Source of the DNA: Candidatus Nomurabacteria bacterium
GTDB lineage: Bacteria > Patescibacteriota > Minisyncoccia > Phycocordibacterales > CALRBL01
NCBI GenBank assembly: GCA_963834935.1
Contig: CAWIDS010000003.1
Span: forward strand, 37,999 to 101,998
Direction: 5' to 3'
DNA length: 64,000 bases
Of this stretch, positions 59,826 through 64,000 are shown in pieces. Both the position numbers and the translations under genes were made by a program. Within the stretch, counting starts at the first letter, position 1. Each line of letters opens with the position of its first letter. Below the pieces are notes generated by a model, which worked only from the letters and a program-made list of their open reading frames with translations, did no database searches and had not been told where the DNA came from.

Positions 59826-60212
59826 ATGAATACCAAAGCCCTACTCGAAAGCCTCGACACACTGCGGGAATTCCTGCAATGGGTCTTCGAAAGCAAGAAC
59901 ATCGGAAACATCCAAATTCCCTATATCGAGAACACTCTGATTTCCCGCCCTCTGAAAGGCGTTGAAGAAGCTCCGGCTGACGAGGATTTTTTCCTCAACG
60001 AAACGGAGTGCAACCACCGTCATTTCCATTGGACAATGAACCGCATGATCAACCTCTATCTCGCACAATACAGGTTCACGTGCAGCGAGGACGAAACTGT
60101 GACCACCGGTGCTCGGACATTCCTGTCGGAAAGAAATAACCCTCACGCAATTGCTGTCACCTACACGATCCGTCATTGCGGCCAAGTGCAGGTCACCTTG
60201 CAAAAGGTCTAA
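59826..60212 (+). CDS. Hypothetical protein, 128 aa
   Basis: ORF followed by a terminator near 60233-60260. Confidence 0.55.
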   Translation: MNTKALLESLDTLREFLQWVFESKNIGNIQIPYIENTLISRPLKGVEEAPADEDFFLNETECNHRHFHWTMNRMINLYLAQYRFTCSEDETVTTGARTFLSERNNPHAIAVTYTIRHCGQVQVTLQKV

Positions 60213-60308
60213 CATGAGATGCTTCTCCCGACCCGCTTCCTACATAGGCAGCGGTTTTTTATTGCAAATTTTCGTCACAAAAAAACTCAGGTTTCCCTGA
60301 GCCTTTCC

Positions 60309-60617
60309 TTATTTGATGGTAACTTTGGTGTGAGGCTGCTTGTGGCCGTTCTTCTTGAAGTAGCGCGATTTCTGCTTGTATTTGATGACAACTACTTTTT
60401 TGTTTCGTCCTTGTTCCTCGAATGAGGCGGTGACAGTGGCGCCTTCCACGTAGGGAGTTCCGATGGTAGTCTTTCCGGCCTTCTCTACAAGAAGAATCTT
60501 GTCAAAGACAATCTCATCGCCTTTCTTGAAGTCACCAGTGAGCTTCTCAACCTTGAGAACGTCGCCTGAAGCGACTTTGTATTGCTTTCCGCCTGTCTGA
60601 ATGATGCTAAAATCCAT
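60309..60617 (-). CDS. rplU: 50S ribosomal protein L21
   Basis: IIQTGGKQYKV, GHKQPHT. Confidence 0.98.
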   Translation of the reverse strand: MDFSIIQTGGKQYKVASGDVLKVEKLTGDFKKGDEIVFDKILLVEKAGKTTIGTPYVEGATVTASFEEQGRNKKVVVIKYKQKSRYFKKNGHKQPHTKVTIK

Positions 60618-60643
60618 AGTCCAGCCATATTACAAGAATATGG

Positions 60644-61717
60644 CTAAGAATGCAAATCCTCCTGTTCCGGCTTGTCTACAGCCTCGATACCAAGCTCTAT
60701 CGACACCCCGTTTATCCTGACCATATCCTTGTCTATCTTCTTGAATTCCTTGGAAGAATCGTTGTATTGACCAACTACAGTCTTCAGCGAATTACCCATT
60801 TTCGAGTGAAATTCCTCGTAAGTTTTGAGGTGTTTCTGAAGGTTTTCAACATTCTTGCGGATTTCCTTGGCGGACTCCTCGATCTGAAGGGCTTTCAGGC
60901 CTTGAAGGACGGTCTGGAGGTAGGCAAGAAATGACGTCGGCGAAACGATGATGACGTGATATTTAGAAGCGGCCCGCTGGATAAGGTTCTCATTCTCGTC
61001 ATCTTTGAGTGCGCCGATCTTGTTGATAAGCAAGTCATAATAGATGGCTTCATGTGGAATGAACATGAAAGCAAAGTCGAGGGTCCCTTTGTTCGGCTGG
61101 ATATATTTCGAAGTCTCGCTGATGCGTGTTTTCAAGTCGTTGACAAAGACGGTCTCAAGGCGCTTCTTTTCTGCGGGATCACGCTCCTCGACGACGCGAT
61201 TATAATTTTCAAGCGAGAATTTCGAATCGATAGGTATGATTTTATCCTTGACGAAGACGACCGCATCGACGATCAGATCCTTTCCGCCTTCGCTTTCGCC
61301 GAGCTGGTATTGCATCTCGAAACTGCCAGGGGGCAGGACATTCTTGAGCAAGGTCTCAAGATAATATTCACCGATGATGCCGCGCTGCTTCGGATTCTTC
61401 AGGATGTCCTGAAGCGACTGGAGCTGATCAGCAAAAGAAACTACCTGTTTGTTGGTCTCATCAAGGCGCGTCAATTTTTCGGTAATGTCCTGGATGATGC
61501 GAACGGAATTGTTCGACTGGTGAAGCAGCGTGGCCTGGATATTCTTTGAGGATTCGCCAAGCTTGGCATCGACTGTCCGTGAAAGCTCATTGATCTGATT
61601 CAGAAGGAGCTCTATGGCTCGCGAATCATCCCGAACTTCCGTCTTCTTAGTGCGAAGATAGATAACGATGGCTAAAACGGCTATTCCGAGCAGCAAAATG
61701 AGGGAGTTTGAATTCAT
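60644..61717 (-). CDS. rmuC: DNA recombination protein RmuC
   Basis: KQRGIIGE, IDSKF, FMFIPHE, VSPT. Confidence 0.95.
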   Translation of the reverse strand: MNSNSLILLLGIAVLAIVIYLRTKKTEVRDDSRAIELLLNQINELSRTVDAKLGESSKNIQATLLHQSNNSVRIIQDITEKLTRLDETNKQVVSFADQLQSLQDILKNPKQRGIIGEYYLETLLKNVLPPGSFEMQYQLGESEGGKDLIVDAVVFVKDKIIPIDSKFSLENYNRVVEERDPAEKKRLETVFVNDLKTRISETSKYIQPNKGTLDFAFMFIPHEAIYYDLLINKIGALKDDENENLIQRAASKYHVIIVSPTSFLAYLQTVLQGLKALQIEESAKEIRKNVENLQKHLKTYEEFHSKMGNSLKTVVGQYNDSSKEFKKIDKDMVRINGVSIELGIEAVDKPEQEDLHS

Positions 61718-61760
61718 ATCGCTTTGTATTATACTACATTAACTAACATTCGCTCAAAAC

Positions 61761-62210
61761 ATGCTACACCAACAAATCAAAGCCAGCTTGAAAGAAGCCA
61801 TGCTCGCCAAAGACGAAGTCAGACTTTCCGTCGTGCGAGGACTGCTCACCTCTTTCACCAACGAGCTCGTCTCCAAGGGCAAGAAGCCGCAGGACGAGCT
61901 ATCAGATGACGAAGCGCTTGCCGTCATCAGCCGCGCGGTCAAGCAGCGAAAAGACTCGATCAAGCAATTCACCGACGGCGGCCGGCCCGAGCTTGCCGAA
62001 AGCGAGCAAGCGGAACTCACTGTCCTCCAAGCGTATCTCCCCGCCCAAATGTCGGAAGACGAAGTCAGAAAAATCGTCGAAGCGAAGAAAGCCGAGCTCG
62101 GTATCACGGATAAGACTGGCGCGGGAAATCTCATGAAAGCTACAATGGCTGAACTGAAAGGAAAAACCGACGGCAACGTGGTCAAGAAGATAGTAGACAA
62201 CCTGTTTTAA
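61761..62210 (+). CDS. GatB/YqeY domain protein
   Basis: KQRKDSI, YLPAQMS, GKTDG. Confidence 0.93.
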   Translation: MLHQQIKASLKEAMLAKDEVRLSVVRGLLTSFTNELVSKGKKPQDELSDDEALAVISRAVKQRKDSIKQFTDGGRPELAESEQAELTVLQAYLPAQMSEDEVRKIVEAKKAELGITDKTGAGNLMKATMAELKGKTDGNVVKKIVDNLF

Positions 62211-62213
62211 AAC

Positions 62214-63233
62214 ATGAAGATAAAGAAGATATATCTCTATTCGGCGATAATATTTTCAATCATAGTCGGAGGAGCGTTGGGCTATTTCGGAAGAAGCTTC
62301 ATTGGCACCGGCACGACCGCTGGCACATCAGTAAAATCAGGAGAAGTCAGAGTGAATTCGCCAGAATACAAATTCATAAATCCTATAGTCTTTCTGGACA
62401 ATGACCAGAGGATATACAACGAATACAATTCACTAGACAAGTCTCTCAATTCATATATCCAATCCGAAGAGAACAATAAGGACGTAAGCTCCGTTTCGGT
62501 CTATTACCGAGACCTCAATACCGGCCACTGGGCAGGAATCAATGAAGACCAGACATACGAGCCGTCGAGCATGCTCAAGGTCCTTGTGCTTCTCTCATAT
62601 TTGAAGCATGCCACTAACGATCCCTCCATTCTCACCCAACAGCTCGTCTATCATAAGAGCACAGATGACGCGCAGACATATTACAAGCCGGTAAACAGCC
62701 TAGTTGACGGGCATAGCTATATGGCCGAGGATCTTTTGCAAAACATGATTATAAGCTCGGACAATGGAGCCATGAATACCCTCGTGCCGAACATAACGCA
62801 TGACCTCAGTGACGCGTATAAGGCGCTGGAACTTCCGACCCCTCCCCTCAACGTGAATATCGTCAACGCCAACTTCATGTCGGCAAAATCATATTCACGT
62901 GTCTTCCGAACCCTTTATAACGGAACCTATCTTCCATGGAACCTTTCGGAACAGGCCCTCGAACTCCTTTCCCAGACCGATTTCAAAAACGGAATAAATG
63001 CCGGGGTGCCCGCGGACATGGTGGTATCACACAAATTCGGAGAGCACACCAACCTTCTCGCAAGCGGAACCGTCGACAGCCGCGAGCTTCATGACTGCGG
63101 AATCGTCTACTACCCGACTAATCCCTACCTCATCTGTATAATGACCAAGGGGCAAGAGTTTCCGAAGCTCGAAGGCGTTATCTCGAATATCTCAAAAATA
63201 ATTTACAATTACGTCAATAACGCCAATAAATAA
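62214..63233 (+). CDS. Class A beta-lactamase-like serine hydrolase, membrane-anchored
   Basis: SMLK, SDN, HKFG, HDCGIVY. Confidence 0.9.
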   Translation: MKIKKIYLYSAIIFSIIVGGALGYFGRSFIGTGTTAGTSVKSGEVRVNSPEYKFINPIVFLDNDQRIYNEYNSLDKSLNSYIQSEENNKDVSSVSVYYRDLNTGHWAGINEDQTYEPSSMLKVLVLLSYLKHATNDPSILTQQLVYHKSTDDAQTYYKPVNSLVDGHSYMAEDLLQNMIISSDNGAMNTLVPNITHDLSDAYKALELPTPPLNVNIVNANFMSAKSYSRVFRTLYNGTYLPWNLSEQALELLSQTDFKNGINAGVPADMVVSHKFGEHTNLLASGTVDSRELHDCGIVYYPTNPYLICIMTKGQEFPKLEGVISNISKIIYNYVNNANK

Positions 63234-63285
63234 GGATTGACTGCGGACGTGCGGAATGGTACTGTCTTGGCAGAAAATTTGAAAT

Positions 63286-63855
63286 ATGACCCCGATCACT
63301 ATTGGCGGATTATCCGCTACAGGCACGAGTACTGCCGCAAAAGTATTAGCTCAAACGCTCGGCTGGGGTGAAGCGCTGTCAGCCGGGACGCTAATGAGAA
63401 TGCAGGCGGCTGAAGCAGGTTTTGCAACCGTCGACGAATATCATCGCGCCATGCCCGAAAGGATAAAGACCGATGATCGTGCCATCGATGGCTGGATAAA
63501 AGGATTAGCCCGAAGCAAGAAGCCGTTCATCCTTGAAGCCAGGCTCGGGTGGTTTTTTCTTCCGAAGTCGTTTAAAGTCCTCCTTACTTGCCCGGATGCG
63601 ATCCGAGGAGAAAGAGGTCTTCAGCGCGACGCCAAGAAGTACAACCTCAAAACCCACCACGATGCTCTCTCCGCGCTCAACGCGCGTGACGAGAAAGACC
63701 TCATCCGCCTTCACAGCATCTACCACAAGATGGGTAGGTTCGATGACCCGACGAAATTCGACATGGTGATCGACTCTGGCGTGAACGACCCAGAGCAGAT
63801 TGCCTCTCTTATCATCGGCGAAATGTCCCGTCGCAACCTCCTCAGCGCAAGCTGA
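63286..63855 (+). CDS. Cytidylate kinase-like protein (archaeal-type)
   Basis: P-loop GLSATGTST, ILEARL, FDMVIDS. Confidence 0.75.
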   Translation: MTPITIGGLSATGTSTAAKVLAQTLGWGEALSAGTLMRMQAAEAGFATVDEYHRAMPERIKTDDRAIDGWIKGLARSKKPFILEARLGWFFLPKSFKVLLTCPDAIRGERGLQRDAKKYNLKTHHDALSALNARDEKDLIRLHSIYHKMGRFDDPTKFDMVIDSGVNDPEQIASLIIGEMSRRNLLSAS

Positions 63856-64000
63856 GGTTTTTTATTACAAAAGCTGAATAAGAAAATAAATAAAAAAAAA
63901 CCGCACGCATTGCTGCGGCGGCTGAATTGTGAGAAAAGAACGATGCTTCAACGATCAGGCATGCCGCGGATGGCAAGGCTGCTGTTGGAGAAACGGCTGT

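Noticed and set aside
63890-64000. 3' end of a - strand gene at the window edge
   Set aside because: Frame and product cannot be determined from the fragment

Overview
About 64 kb of bacterial chromosome (standard code 11, roughly mid-range GC) whose gene set and style point to a Patescibacteria/CPR (Parcubacteria-like) organism; this taxonomic call is an inference. Housekeeping genes: leuS (partial), uvrB, tgt, eno, holB, mreB, xseAB, msrB, murF, lexA, dnaX, tkt-N, rpe, rpiB, gap, gatB, ctpA, dnaB, recR, rplU, rmuC and tRNA-Gln(UUG). The window also holds three ABC systems, an ECF-sigma/MacAB-type operon, secreted hydrolases and many orphan ORFs. The most notable signals read directly from the sequence are: (1) an unannotated leaderless Phe-rich leader peptide with terminator/antiterminator upstream of a divergent prephenate dehydratase, near a frameshifted chorismate mutase; (2) a LeuRS with an inserted Nudix domain and a degenerate CP1 editing site; (3) a hairpin-dense ~360-nt candidate ncRNA among tandem mini-transcription units; (4) pervasive leaderless promoter geometry (TAnnnT-N6-ATG); (5) a LexA operator and two ECF-type promoters; (6) a decayed island at tRNA-Gln. 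No CRISPR array, rRNA or intact mobile element was seen. Several single-base frameshifts could be assembly errors.
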